Origin: Phoronis australis | Taxonomy: Eukaryota > Animalia > Phoronida | Length of the DNA stretch: 64,000 nt | Assembly: GCA_002633005.1 (NCBI GenBank) | Contig: NMRA01000366.1 | Coordinates: 60,222 to 124,221, forward strand | Direction: 5' to 3' | In this document: piece by piece, positions 26,201 through 41,200 of the stretch | How the letters are laid out: every line of letters starts with the position of its first letter | Numbering within the stretch: the first letter of the stretch is position 1 | The notes under the pieces: generated by a model | What the model was told of the DNA's origin: nothing | Seen by the model: the letters and a program-made list of their open reading frames with translations, nothing else | The model's database searches: none | Program-made: the position numbers and the translations under genes

Positions 26201-29200
26201 CTCTATCCAGTATTTCCGCTGTTGTTGTTGAGCTTGACTTATTTTGCCCATAATTATTACCATGTTCCAGGACGAGGTGTACTGCGAAGATGGACTATGA
26301 CAAAACCTATTGTGATACGGCTATGCGACAGCTGTGTGCTGTCTATATTATAAATATTGAGGTCATTTATCAATTCTGTTTTATAACCTAAAAAACACTT
26401 TTTGATTCTTAATTTTCATTTTTTTTTTTTTATTTCCCTCTTTGGAACTGAGATTGGCCTGTTCATCAAAGTACATCTTTCTGTGTATAGAAAGCAAGTT
26501 GTGGTTTTCTATTACTCTGGTAGAATCTTCGCTGGTGGTGGTGGTAGTGGTAGTGGTATTGGGTCTTAGGTGCAGTTGTAGCGGTGCTTGTTATGGTGTA
26601 TGCTTGAGGCACATTTTGATTTCTGGAAATAGTTACATCATTCTGTGAATCATAAATGATATCTTTATCAATTTTCTTCATTATCTTGTGAAATGCCATT
26701 GGACATTTTTTTTTTTTACATCATACTTGTTCTCAGTCTTAAAAAGTTACAAAGATTTATAACTGTTGTCTTAATATTATCTTGTTTCAAATTGTTGTTT
26801 TTTTTTAACTTACTAAATTTGTTACAAAGTAGAGAATATTCACAATTAGGCCAACGATTCTAACTGTGAGTACATGTTGAATATTACATCTGACTTGTGT
26901 GTTTGTGTGGCCGTTGCAGCATCCTGTTACCTGGCAACAATCCGAGGATGGCTCCAAGACAATAGGTCACATGATCCTGAAAAAGGGCACGCAGGATGGT
27001 AGTGGAAAAGATTCGGGTGCTATTCTAGGTGAGAGAGAAATTGGTAAATATGAGTTGTGTTTTTTCTTCTTTCGATTCTTTTCTCCTCATTATATTAAGT
27101 TGTTAGTTACAATGTGTTGCCACTATTTTTTACAATGATTTGGCCTAAGCTGTGCTTTATACTTTACAATGATTTGGCCTAAGTTGTGCTTTATAAGTTA
27201 CAATTTATTGACATTATGCCCATATAGTTCCACCAGTATGCTTTGTTTGAATTGTGTCTCCAATTTTTTATTACACTCTGGTAAGTTGACTTCAGCAACT
27301 GCAGCTGATTTTCGACAACAGTGACATCTGATGCACTGATGTCTGACCAGTGACCACCTGAATAAGAATTGCAAGGCTGGCATGATATGACGTATTCTAA
27401 TTATTTAGTTAATTTGCGACTTCGTTTTTTCATTCACCACAGCGCAATCCGGCACTCTTATTTGTTCTGTCTATTTTTCAACCAGTTATTACAAACAGTC
27501 TGTCCCTGTGGCATGGTCTCAGTAGCGCAACTCATTGCTACCGTTCTTTAAATAGGTCTCAAAGTCATTGGCGGCAAGATGACGGAACACGGCAGGCTGG
27601 GAGCATTCATCACAAAGGTGAAGAAGGGTAGTATTGCTGACACAGTGGGGCATCTTAAAGCAGGTGAGTTGGAGCAATTGTTTGAGGTCCTTGCAGTTCT
27701 TTGTGATGGTGTGCTGGTTGTCTGCACAATACGGGTTGGGAAGTGACGATACCGGTATCGATTTGATCGTCACATTCAAGTGTGTGTAGTGTCGACTTGC
27801 AGTACATGCCGGAAATAAGTGGACAAGGCTCTGTGCCCCGACACGACTGGTCATTTCATCTCATCTTACTGATGTGGACTTTCACTTGCGCTCGTCTGTC
27901 AGAAGGAGAATTCTACTTGCGCTTGGCGGTCACGACAAGGACGACGGGGGAATTCTTTGTGACTGATTATTTTTGGTATATTCCGTACTCTGTCCCAATT
28001 TTAGTGTGACCATTCTCCATATTTTGCTACCACATTGTTACCGCCGTGAAACCTTCTGTTAGGAGGACTCTGTAATTCACAATCGTGAGTTCATCGTCCC
28101 CCATAAGACTCAAATGTAACTAAATTCATTTGTGTCGTGCATCTGAGAGCATTGCGTAGACTGGTTGATGTGGTCGATATGTATGATTGGCTTCTGTATT
28201 TGTGTGGGTCACAGAAGTGATAATAGAATGCTCTCAACTTGAAAGTGGTTGGTTAAAATATGTACACTCAATGATGATGATGAGTGACACCTGTCAATAA
28301 TTAGCTGATTGCCCGGGTTGTTTTTTTCCTGAAAAATACCGTTCATTAATTGCGCATTATTGTATTTGCACCTTCAGTATGTTTGAATATTTCTCAAATT
28401 ATTGTATGTTGCATAAATTATGAAATGATCTCTGGATCTATGTGTATGGTATGTTATAACAAAGGTCTGCAAAGCGGACTGCTTATCCAGATTATGGACA
28501 CTGTCGTTCTCCGCCGATCCATAGGTTCCGTTCTGTAACAAATCTGCTCTTGAATCATTAGGTGATGAAGTCTTAGAATGGAATGGACGATCTCTGAAAG
28601 GTGCCACATTTGAAGAGGTCTATGATATTATACTAGAATCAAAGCAAGAACCTCAAGTGGAGCTGATAGTGCAGCGAGATAACACTGTCAGGTAAGATGG
28701 GCATATGTGTTATGGGTCAACCCTGACGTGGATCCAGATGGTGTCCTGGGTCCGAACCCCTTCTCTCTGTCATGTTTTTGATTTAACTGCATTGGCGGAA
28801 GTGCAGGTAAACTATCAGACTTTCCTTTTGGTCATGACTCTGGGTCAGCACCCACAACCACAGTTACTAGTCAGAGGCGTTCCCAGTGAAAGCTCACCAT
28901 AACAATTGTTTTTTGATGTTTATGCGCCCACATTTTAATGTGGTCGCATATTGCCATCCTCTCTGTCTGATGTCCGCGGCTGTATCCCCAAAACCCATGA
29001 AGGATCTTCACGAATTGGGCCGATGTTTTCCGATGGAGGTGGCGACGAATGATGGTGGGTTTTGAATGAATCCGAATGCTTCTCAGCTCCCTAGTATTTT
29101 TTATTTTCCTCTGTGGCTTCTGAGTCCCTTGACAAGATTTTCGTATTTAGTGAGTAGGTTTATGTTAAGGAGACAATGATAATTCATCCTATTTTCAGAA

Positions 29201-32200
29201 AGATGTGACATGTTCTGCACCACCTATTGGCCATTGTTATTAGTAACAAGTCCACTTCTTTCTCTGACAACCTACTCGAAAGATCATTACTATATATAAC
29301 AACTGTCAGACGTGTTCTTGGTGAGAAGACCATTGCTGATTTTTTGACAAGCTCGACCGCATTGACGCTCCCTACTGTCCAATTTTGTTTTCTGTGTCTG
29401 CGAATATATCTCATTAAACCTCTTTGCTTACCTGTGACTGTGAGAATAAATGAATGATAATTTCGCACAGATCCGGCTACAGCTTTAACCTTTTGTACCA
29501 TAATTGTTACTTTTATTAAATTTTTATATTTGGCTCTAGACTTTATCTTCAGAACTCCTTGTCAAATTTCCATGGCATGTAGGTTGCTCCTGCGGAGATG
29601 ATGACATATTTCTGTTTTCAAATAGATTCAATGTATTTTGTACTGTCTAGTGGCTATTTTTATCATTTGCTAGTTGTGGCGTCTGCCTTTCAATGTGCCT
29701 AACTGCTCCAAGAAACATAATGAAAATTGGCAGATGTGCTCTTGCTGTGAAGACCATGGCTGACGCTGACTTTTGCACAGGTCCAACTACTGTGATGCCC
29801 CCTAGTGCCAATTTTTTGCATCCACAACTGTATCTATTAAACTGATTTTTGGGAAATATGACAAGTGTGTTCCTGTAAACATAGCAATTTAACAGATGAC
29901 AATTTCTGTCAGAAAGACCGCTGTACCTCGTAGTGGCAATTCCATTTTTACGTTGGCCTCTGTGTGTTCGGAGTTCCTGGATGTACTTTCATGCAATTTT
30001 GGCAGATATGTTTCTATTAAGGAGCATTCCCATTTTCAGATCTGTCTGATGTATTCTGTGTCACCAGTGATGACTTTTTGATACTAATAAACACCCCTAG
30101 AAGCATACTGTTTGCCGTGTAGCCGTGGGTGCTTTGCTCTGCTATTGTTGATACTAGTAACACTAAAGATTTTGAGTGGACTGTGCTTTATTTTCCCTTT
30201 GGTTCATAATCTATGAACCGAATCCAGATGAGGCCTGTCACATTCATATCCATCCATGTGGTCTCTCTGCATGTGCCACAACGTAGATCTGTTGTTGGGA
30301 TTTATTAGATAATTCCTACCAGCTTTCTTTGGAGTCACCACATCAGCCTCAATCATTGGAAATTATTTCCTGCATAATAACCATCTTGCCTTATTTTCAG
30401 TAACGATGTTGATGGTAAACACGCCTCCCACCATTCAAGGATCGACCCCAGAGGTAAAAAGAGTTGTCAATTCTTCTTGTGTTTACAGCTTGTCTGCGTT
30501 TATTTTGGTTGACGTCCATGTTGAAAACATTTTTGTTTCTTCAACATGTGATCTTACCTTACATGTCTAGATTATATTCAGACTTTTTGGTACAGCAAAG
30601 TTTCTTCAATTTTGAATAAAATGTTTTAGAAAAGAGAAATTTGGTTGGATCTCTCTAATAGAAAAACATGTCACTAAAATATTTAATTCCTTTGGATTTT
30701 TTTGTATTTCAAAACTGCCATCAAAGATATCTGAGTATTTTAAATGAAATATAATAAGCGTCTTCAATTTTGAAAATTCTGACGCATTCTGGCGATTATG
30801 TTGATTTAAATTTGAAGAAACTTACCTGTATTACTTTTCATGTAGTATTAAATTTTTATCAACTTTACCTTGATGTTGTTACGCTGTCTACTGTTCGAAA
30901 TAATTGGTTTATTACACGCATCTATTTCTCTATCAGTTTTGTGATTCGTTGATCTTCGTCTTAAGTTTGTTTTGCTCTTCCGCCTTATAATTTTTGCTGT
31001 TGTAATGCGGCATGTACATCCTCGCAGGGGCTCAAATGGTCTGTCATGGCTGAAGTGGTAAGTGTAGAGTTCTGTCATGGAAACCTCACTCATACAATAG
31101 CCTACATTAACCAGCTAACACTGTTTTTTCTCGTTCAACTAAACAGCACTATATAGCTCTAATGCTCGGTTGCATAAAACTCATTTATCATAAAGAGCCT
31201 CTGCACTCAATAGTGATAGTGTGTACCAGCACAACTAATACCGCTATTATGGTCAAATCTCGTGAATTTAGGACACAATGATTGGTGGACAGGTGGAAAT
31301 TTTATTGTCTCAATTTTTTATTAAATTGTTTACTGTACTGGAAGGAGCTGTTGACAGAAAAATAATATTTCGAAACAATGTAAGAAGTCTGGAAAAATGA
31401 AAAAAGTGGTTTTTGCAATTATTTTTGTCCGAAATTGGGGAGATTTTACCATACCTTAGGACATATATGTTCCACGAATGGTAGTCAAGTTTATGTTTGA
31501 TAATAGGGAACTCGAAATGCACTAGGTGGTGCTAGCGCAGCAAATGTCTTACTCATAGAAATACGTGCAGTCAAGTAGTCATGTTGGACCCTTATACCAC
31601 GAACACACTCGTGCTGTTGAACTAATTTCCACTCTCACTCTATTCAGATGTTGAAAAGAGGGACCCATTTGCGTTGGCACCACCTAGTGAGTATCAGGTT
31701 ACCCATTAATTTTGGAAATTTCGCGACTTGTACAGTCTTGACGAGTTAACATGTCTAGTTCAGTTTGGATCATAAAGCTGGCCAGTGTTGCTTGCTTAAC
31801 TGTTTCAGACTCGTTTTATCCTTATTGAATGTTTTGACATCCAAGGGAAACTTCACTGATTCTTTAATAATATTTTAAAACTGCCACGCAAGATCGCGTA
31901 CCTGAAGTTAAACTATTTGAAGTTTTATGCAATCTGGTCATTGAAGCTAATAAACTATGTTACTATATTCCTGTTATGCAGCCCTGCATGCATATAGACC
32001 ATGCATTGAATGGATCGCACCATATTCTATGAATATTATTTTTACACTTGTGTTTGCTATCTCAATATCTCCCCATAACCTTTATGTGAAGGAGCTCCCC
32101 TTAAACCATGCTTTGCTGTACGTACCAACTTGCTCTTTATTTCTACTTTCCCCTTATGCATCAAATCAATAAAATGTACTAAGCTATCAGTGCGGACTTG

Positions 32201-35200
32201 AAAATTTGTGCCATTGTGGCCTGGATTACAGCATTCTATTGGCTTTTATTAAACTGAAATATTCAAAGATTAGAAAAGATGTCCAGTCCTATGACTTCCT
32301 GAGGTGTTTGTTAACTTGTAAATGCTAGTTTTTCGTAGAGGCAACAGGATTAACACCCTGTTGTTATAAGAAAACAATTAGACCAATTCTATAGGGGTAA
32401 GTGACTTCTTTAATACAGTCTCTTTACATGACTTCAGGCAGTTACTGACTTGTTTGTTCTTTGTGATGACCACATGAATTAACCTAAACTTTTCCATAAA
32501 CAAATAACAACTCTGACTTGCATCTTGTTGTCAAAGCACGTCAAACTTGTGACTTTGATGGCTTTGTTCTGCTGGTACTCTGCAGTATTAATTGACTTAT
32601 ACCCAGTCTTGTATATGTGATGGATCCCTTGTCTTCATTTGCTTTAATAATAAGCCTTGTAGAATACGTAAATTGAATTATTTACCGCTCTCTCTCTAAT
32701 GTACAGACTCGCATTGCCTCCTCAGCTGAAAGATTTTCATTAATCATTGACTGTTTGTTGTAAAGCGACTTCCTCTATTAAGCCTATTATACCCGACTTG
32801 TTTTGAAACTGGTGCTCATTACGGTTGTTCTTCACTTATTCCGCTCTATGTAAATTAAATGTACTGTCTATTTTCTTGATAATTGGAGTGTGCCAAATAA
32901 ACTGAGTAATATACAGACTCCGTAGTTGGCGGGTGTGCAAATTTCGTGAGTAACTAAGCATTGCCAACTGGTCGTTTCTGAATTTAACGAAATGCGTCGT
33001 ACGGTTTGCCAATGTGATCCAATTAAGGGTAATTCAGTTACTATATCCTGTTCCAGTTTAAGAGTACTTTGTCAGTGAAACGCCCTTTTGAGCTTATGAT
33101 TATGAGTGACATGATGCTCGACCAGGTCACCCCGTTCACCACATGTAAACATTAGTATACGATGTACTGTACAAGTGGATGGATTAAGCGGTGAATATAC
33201 AGATAAAAAGCTACGTTTTACTAAAATTAATGACAGGGCTTTGCATTGACATTTTCCGAAGTGCAAAACTGACTGTGCAAATTAGGCGAGGCAAGAAACT
33301 CCCCCCAAGTAGCTTTGTGCAAATTAAGTGAGGTACGAAATATTATTTTTCAACATTTTTATGTGTACGAAATTACTTGAGTGTGCGAAGTAAGTAGATA
33401 ATTACTGTACTTGCAAGAAAAAGCACCCGTCCACATCAATTTCAGCTAGGCTCTCAACATTTCTTTTGAAAATCACCACAAAGACGCACAAGTAGGGTTT
33501 TAAATGCCGTTGCTTGTCCAGCGAGGTGTAAGTATCCGAGTGTATACAGTGCACAACCCTCCTTGCAAGCATGGCCGACACGGGTGCGAGCACTGGCATT
33601 CGCGTGGCTGCAGCACTGAAATCGGATTAAAAATGGTTTGGGTTGCCAGAGTAAAAAAATTTCGCATTCACTCATCTTGTGGATTTTTTGAATAAGTAGA
33701 CAACTAAAAATACCGCAGTACTACATTTAGTTTTCAAAACAACAGAGGACCAGAACTAATTTTGCTTGTGTGGCTTTTTAAGAAATCGCTTTGTTCAATC
33801 TTGTGTTACAAAATAAAGTATGAAATTCCTTTCATTTTGATAGGAGTTGTGCTGGGACAGATTCGGGTATGGTAAAAATAGGATATTCTGTATCAACTTG
33901 TTCGAGTTACAAGAATGCCATACATACAGCGTCTAGAATTTAAGATATTTGGTATAAGAAAAGAATGTAATGGAGATTGTATATTTTCATGAATCAAAAA
34001 ATTTTGTTTTTAGGATCTCTTTTTAACGCATGTACTTAACATCCGATATTGGCAGCCGCAATATCGTGAAAACACAAAGGCAGACCTAGTATCTGTAGAA
34101 ATACTTTCTTCTGCCATCTTTTGTCAGAGGCAAGACAACATTGAAGTTGAAAAGAATTAAGAATGCTGGCAAGCTTAGGCATGCTGACATACTTTGACAA
34201 AGTAAATTTAGTTGTTGCCCTCAATATGAACATAGAGGAGGCTGTGTGGCCTGGTGTGGTAAGTGTTCACTTCGGTTACTCGAGGTCCCGGGCTCGAGTC
34301 CCACTGGGCCTCACTGCTAGACCCTTGAGTCATTTTTCCAGCTCCTCAGCTTGGTTTTAACTAATACAAAAAAGGTTCCAGGTGACCAGTGAAACGGGCC
34401 CACATGCGCGGCCTGCGTACATCTGGTTAAACGTTTACCAAACCGTCTGCAATTATTTTTTTATAATTTTAAATATGAGCACTCATTGATGAACATTGCC
34501 AGATTAAATAGCCTCGTGCCAAACACACTGACTCTAAAAACTGTCGTTCATAATTGAATTTTCCTGGAAATGCAAAAGTACGTGACAGTCTTTTCCCTTG
34601 GTATTAATTGCTAACTTAATGCCTGGCCTCTCTTTTTGTTTAGCTCATTTCTGTGTGATGAATAATTTGTTCCTATTGATATTTGCTACAAACATCTAAA
34701 TCATTGCTATGCCTTAACTTGATCATTACATTGTAACGTATTTGGAAGTTGATATGTAATGTTTGCTTTCATTTTGTTTGCTTTCGTGTAGATTTCTGTC
34801 TCATACAATTGTCTATTATTTCTGCCAGCACAATGTGCCTAAATCATTCAGTGTGTTTCAATGAAAAAGCGTGTTGGATTATTTAGAGCTACGGTATATT
34901 AAATTGATTTCTTAACTGGACTTTATTTCTTGAATGAGACGGATTATCCGAGCTTTGTGATTTTGCTCATGTTTTTCATAGTAGCAGTATATTACTCATA
35001 GGATTTTGTTAGTAAGGCCAACGATTTTCGTGTTGTTGATTAAACTGCGATATCACGAATTTTCGCAATGGAATGCTTATTGCAATGGGTATTGAGCCGA
35101 GGGATCATGTTTGATATTTTTACATTTCTGTGATGTGTATGTGGTTAATGGCATTTATGTGAATCGTTTCAGATTCTGGCCAACAGAGGGAGTCTGTTCC

Positions 35201-38200
35201 TCCCAGTGTGACCATTACCTCACCGACGTCTCCCGGATTAGTACGTCGACATCCGTCACTACACGGTCAAATACAGGTAGTTTATTGTGGTTTACTGAAG
35301 TTAAACACTGTATATTATATTGTAGAAATGGAACAATTATGTAATAAATTGTGTCTTAATTAAAGGGATTTCATTTTTTATTGAGTTCTTTTTCTTATTG
35401 GGTTCTGTAAACTTCACTATGCTTCATTTTTTTCCCTTGTTCATTTTTGAAGCTACTCTGATTGGGTGTTGACAAAATTTGGCGTGGAGTTTTCTTGTTC
35501 GTTTGTTTGGCTGTTACGGGTCGCATTTCTGGTTGATATGTAATTTATACTCAATGTATAAATCATCAAAAGCTAGAGGTCTATTGGTTTTTATCAAAAT
35601 TAAGAAAAAAAAGCAAGATGTCTGAGTGGTGACAATTTTTTTCATATTTTTTGCTTTGCGGAGCCATGGCACAGCTATCCTGTGGAGATTTTCGTAAAAC
35701 TTTGTATTAGTAGATCTCGTCTAGGAGCTGATCCCTCTTTTTTGTTACAGCTTTACATTCTTGAGTTTTGAGATTTCTATTGACTGCTCTTTTATTGATT
35801 CCGTACTGTGCTTTCATTGGTTTACAATCTATGCTGTGTTTCTTAGTCAGTTATATGTAATCATCATTCATCTTCATCAACTGAAGCTCCGTTGTTGTCA
35901 TTGCTATCATCTTCTATTCAATTCCAACATTTTACCTCATCCCAAGCTTGCTGCAATCGTCTTTGCCTACATTTCGTGTTTGATTGACATGAAATTTGCA
36001 TGCGACTATTATTATAATAACTAGAGGCCTTTGGGTTCATATTAATTTCGAGATGGAGTTGCGATAGTCTCACTCTTTTAGCATCTCACTTAATGACAAG
36101 TACTGCTCTCTCGACTGCTTTCATCTACAATAGTTTCACATGAGCAGTTTATTTTTTCTGACAATTACTTTTTCTTCTGGCTTGGAATTTTCCTGTTTTA
36201 AGAGGATTTCCTCTTTTTTAGCCTGTAATACTGACTTTCCTGTTCATTCCACCGTTAATTTCACTTCATTCTCGGTCACGAGGGAAGTTTACTCTGAGGA
36301 TGAATTCAGCTTCCACCCAGCCGTCATGACGGGCAATTATGGGTCATTTTGTGTGAATATTTTCTGCTTCTACTGTACGTGTCTTGTGATTGCGTCGTTA
36401 TACATAGCATTTCTTCTCAGTGACTGCTTCACAGTGTCAGAACCACCCGTCAGCTTGCTAATTGGAAGGTTTTGTGCCGTGTTCATGCTGAAGTCATGCG
36501 TTGTCATTTTGTCCCTCCAGTTAAAGTTATGGTACGACAGTCAACAGTCGCAGCTGGTGGTCACCATATTGTCAGCCATCGAACTATCGCTTGTGGATGG
36601 CACCGCACCGAATCCTTTCTGCCAGCTGTTCTTGCTACCAGACCGAAGGTGAGTGACTGCTTTATCGTTTACGAACTTACTGTGACCCTGTCTTTCTCTT
36701 AAGATCCTGTTTACCTCTCATGTTTGTCATCGGTGTATTTAGTTGATGTGAAGCATATTTTGATTACATCCATTACGCTTCTTTTTTGTTGAAAGTATTA
36801 AATCCCAGGCCTGTTTGTCCACTACTGCTAGGTTGCTATCCCTACTTTTCCAGTGACAACGGAATGCGGCGAACGAAGACGCTATCCAAAACTAGTGAGC
36901 CCAACTTTAACCAAACGTTCATCTTTTCTCCGCTGTCCTCGCGAGAGTTCCATCGGAGGGCGCTAGAGGTGACCATGTTCCACTTCAACCAGAACGCCGC
37001 CACAGAATTTTTAGGCGAGGTATGATGACTAGTGGATGGTGTACCGTAAGCAGTGTGTGGTATTTAAACAGAATTTGGTCAGGAACACTTTCATGTGATT
37101 TGAAACGTTTTCAATTTGTTGTCATGAGTGTTAGAATGGGATTGGCGTACTTGCACTTCGATTTGTAACTAGAAACAATAAACATTTGACTTTTTTACGC
37201 ATAGACAAGAACATCATATTTGCTATGTACAGTGGATTACAAAAAATTACCCATTTACAGCAGACGTACGGCAACAACTCTCCAGTTTGGGACTATTTTT
37301 TTCAAGGTCGGAGCCTGTACCAAATTTTAGAAATAAGCAGAAATGGGCATCCCAAATTCAAGAATTACAATCATTCACCTTGATGCTACATGAAAACAAT
37401 GCGTTGATAGCTATTTTCTATGCCAAATCTATTTTCAGACTCTGTTGGTATAAAACTCAAATGTTTGACAGAAATGAGAATGCCAAAATTGCCCGTTTCC
37501 GTATCTTCAGAATTGAGAAAATTCAGTTTATACGCAATTTCAGTGTTCCAAATATAATGGAGATTTACCCTAACTCAAGAGTTTTTATCGTGACTCAAAC
37601 TTCTTCTGAGCCACCTGGTGGCAAGAAGAGGGATTATCCTATCATTCTCTGCTCTGTGACTTGCGTGCTGTCTGTTAAAGGGTTGTTTTCTGCCTCATAA
37701 CTCAGCTCTTCGTAATACCTACTCGTGACTGGAAATGGGCTGCTATCTTCCCTGTAGTTTGGGATTTGGACAATACACTTTCTCAACTCCTGTAGAGACT
37801 GACACAAATCATGCTTCAGTGTTGCTGCTGTGGCGCTCTGACCCGCTGAGATCCCACCCTCGTGTGGTAGTGGCATGTCTGCCTTAGTGCCGAGCACATG
37901 GTTTTAGGTGGCTATCAAAGTTTTCAAAAGTTGTCACCATGTGACTTAGCCTCTGCTAGCTAGACTTGAAAATGCAAAAAAAAAACATAAAAGCAATTCT
38001 TTTGTCTTTTTCATTTTTGGTAATTTATGCCAAAACTGGCCAGTACGGAAAATCTTCTATTAAGACGTATGTTGTATCTAAAATGTTGCATCTAAATTCG
38101 GTTTGATTGCTGAGCTCCTACCCAAAATCAAGTTCAATATTTAAAGCTGAACTTTTGCTTTTTCAATCGTTCAATTTCCAGTCGGTAAGTTTTCACCCAC

Positions 38201-41200
38201 CCGTATTTGTGTTGCGCCCTTGTTCGCGTTGCCATTATGAGTTGTGTTGAATCACGTGTGCTAGCTGTGCAGACGGCCATCTTGAAAGTAGTTCCCTTCA
38301 ACATGAACCTCCGATTGGTGTTTTTGCCATTCTGTGAAGTGGTGTTTCCGAGCAGTCCTTTTTTATAATGAACACAAGTGATGAGTCTAAAGATTGAATT
38401 TGCTAGCGTTCAGTAGTGACTTAGAGACTTTACCGGGCTTTCCAAAAACCTTAAAATTCTGAAAAAAAAACATTCTTGTTTCAAAATGGCATGACATTTT
38501 GATTGTGTTCTTTTCTCACCAAATCGTGGCCCTAGCCACAGACACCTGGATTTCTGTGTGTTTCCCCACGTCTTGTGTTCTGTGTGGTCTGCTGTGCTAG
38601 CACGCTGATGACTTAGCAATACACTACGCTTGTTTAGGCAGGTTTAGTGATCCTTATGGGCTTTAGTGCGTTGATATATGAACACACTACCTGCCTATTC
38701 TGTCAGTTAGATAGAACTATATTAGTGTGGCATGAACTTGTAGCTAGTCGCACAATAGGTGATGGGCGCATGGTATGGACCTTTTTACCATTAACCGCAA
38801 TTCGAGTGATGGTTTCGCCAGTTTGCTTTCATTGTCTTCTTATGTTTTCGGTGTTGTGGACTCGCAATGTCTGTCGGAGCTTCGGCTACTTACGACGCAG
38901 ACTTTTGCGCATGTGACACTGTATAGTCCAGTGTATTAGTTTCAGTTGCATGCAAGGTTAGATTAGTGAAATTAGCCAATCGGGTCTTGTCCCATCCAGG
39001 GTAGATCATTTTGCTTTGCATGCTCCTTAGAATACTTTCCCTGCTCTCCTTCTTCGTTTTGATGTCCGAAGCTGGGGGATGCCTACTGCACCAGGGACGG
39101 TTCCAGGATTTTTTAAGAGGGGAGTCAGATAAATGATTTTTTAAAAAGGAGCGTCCAAGTCAACAATTCTAGATATGACATCGCTAAAATCAAGGTCAAA
39201 ATGGGTATCCATACCTCCTCGACCAACTCCACTAAATCCGCCTATGCATGCTTCTTGTCCCATTTTCACGTGTTGCTATAGATTGCTGCCCACAGCAACA
39301 GTGTTAGCTTATTGCCTCTTCACTTTCTGTATCGCTTTTGAATAACAATAGGGAGCGCTTTCTGTAAACGCAAGGCTCTTGTCGCAAGAAATTTGGCCTG
39401 TGAAACAAATATTATTTTCACTATTGTTTTCTTCCATAATTCCTCATTGCAGTCTATCAAACCAATCCTTTCATTGACGACCAATATGCTAGTGTACGCC
39501 CATTAGGTCCCCTGCTTACTTGTAAAATACTTGTCTTTCTTTTGCGTAATATTAGGCGACTCGGTTTTCTTGCACGAAATTTGCGCTATGGAATGCAGCC
39601 CAATTCAGAGCTCAGTAGCGCTACCTGTATGGCTACGTGTCAAGCTTTGTCTGAATACGTGCAACGCATGAACACTGTTCTTCTGCCTTATGTGATTGAC
39701 CCCAATGACCTATCTGTTGATTTCTCTCAACCATTTCTACAGTGCTTATACTATATCCAGTCAGGGGGTCATAAATTAGGCATTGATTTCCAGTCACTGG
39801 CCTCTGCCTACTGGCCCTATTAATTAGTGCCGAGTTGTTACCTCACCGTCAAAGCGTACTCTGTGTTTGATCTAGCAGCATACCTGTAACATTCTCAGAG
39901 GTCTTTCCTGAGTGGGCTAGAAATCAATAAATATTATATCCAGCCAGAACCTGTCTGGTGTTAGTAACTGGTGTTTCCTACTAGGATTGTTAGACTGTGT
40001 GCTTTAGATGTTGGCTTCCTGACTCACCGTTCTTGTTTTATGGATATTTGGTTGACCGAGTTACCGAGCTATGCGCTGTCAGCGAGGAGCAGATACTGAG
40101 TAGTGATATATGAATGGTGCCTGCAATGGTGTACACCTTTTGAAGGTGCTGGGATTGATTTATCCAGTGCCCTCATCTTCCCACTAGCTTGTGAGGATTG
40201 ACTGGCGGATTATTGGGTGTGAATACTCGGGGCTCGCCTTGGGCAGGACAATGTTTTGTACTTCAGAGTAGTCCTAGCTAAGCGGTGTTTGTTTTGGAGT
40301 ATGGGTGTTTCGTTCTGTAGTTGTATTCGAAAATAGCTTGGCGAGAGGATCGAGGAATATAACTGGAGTAGGACTGAGTGTGCATTGGGTTAGCAGACAA
40401 TATTGTTGTTTCTTCTAACTGTTCTTGGGAAGCGTAGTTGAGAGAGATGTAAGTAAAAAGGATCGACACCCAAAGATGTTCTTTCATTGATTTTCAACAG
40501 TTTAGAAAAATGTTATTTGTCTCATCAAATCTCAGAAATAGTTGATGAAATTCATATGAAACTTCCATGTAATCTACTCCGTTATATGCATTGTTGTCCA
40601 AAAGTTTGTTTGGAATTTTTAAAACGTTTCACTTTTGCACAAGGGGCTATCGAAAAATAGGTCTTTTATGATATTTATGAAAAACTCGACAAAAGTTGCA
40701 TAATACGAAATGAGAATTTAGAAAAGTATTCAGCATTTTTGAGGTTGAATATTTATATCGATCAAACTAAGTGTGGTTTTGTTACGGATACTACTGTGTT
40801 GCTCTGAATGTATCTTTCCATCGCTTTATTTTACTAAAGGTCACTTGACTAGAGACTCTACTTTCAGGTAATCTATACTTTACTGATTAAATTTATATTT
40901 GGCAGTGTACACGGACTTGTCGATAATGTCCTTCATAACCTCTAACCTCGACTCAGTTTTTACAACAACTGTCATGGTTGCAACCTAGAATTTCTCCAAC
41001 ATATAAATTATTGATAGTTCGCTTCTCTTCCCACTCATTCCGAGAACAAATTACTATGTATATCATATATCTATATTATGAGTCAAGTGGTTTTTAGGCC
41101 TTAGGGGAGCCCTTCGTCGGTCTTGTTCTGCTCATCTCAGCTTGCGTGGAATCAAAAACAAATTGATGTTGATCATAAAAAATGCCTGTTGCTCTATACC

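Noticed and set aside
34235-34310. tRNA gene
   Set aside because: A and B boxes are present but degenerate. There is no convincing cloverleaf or T-run terminator, and the sequence continues into a SINE-like body.
39500-40450. Possible decayed DIRS/LTR element
   Set aside because: Composition is suggestive, but no RT, RNase H or tyrosine recombinase motif was identifiable.
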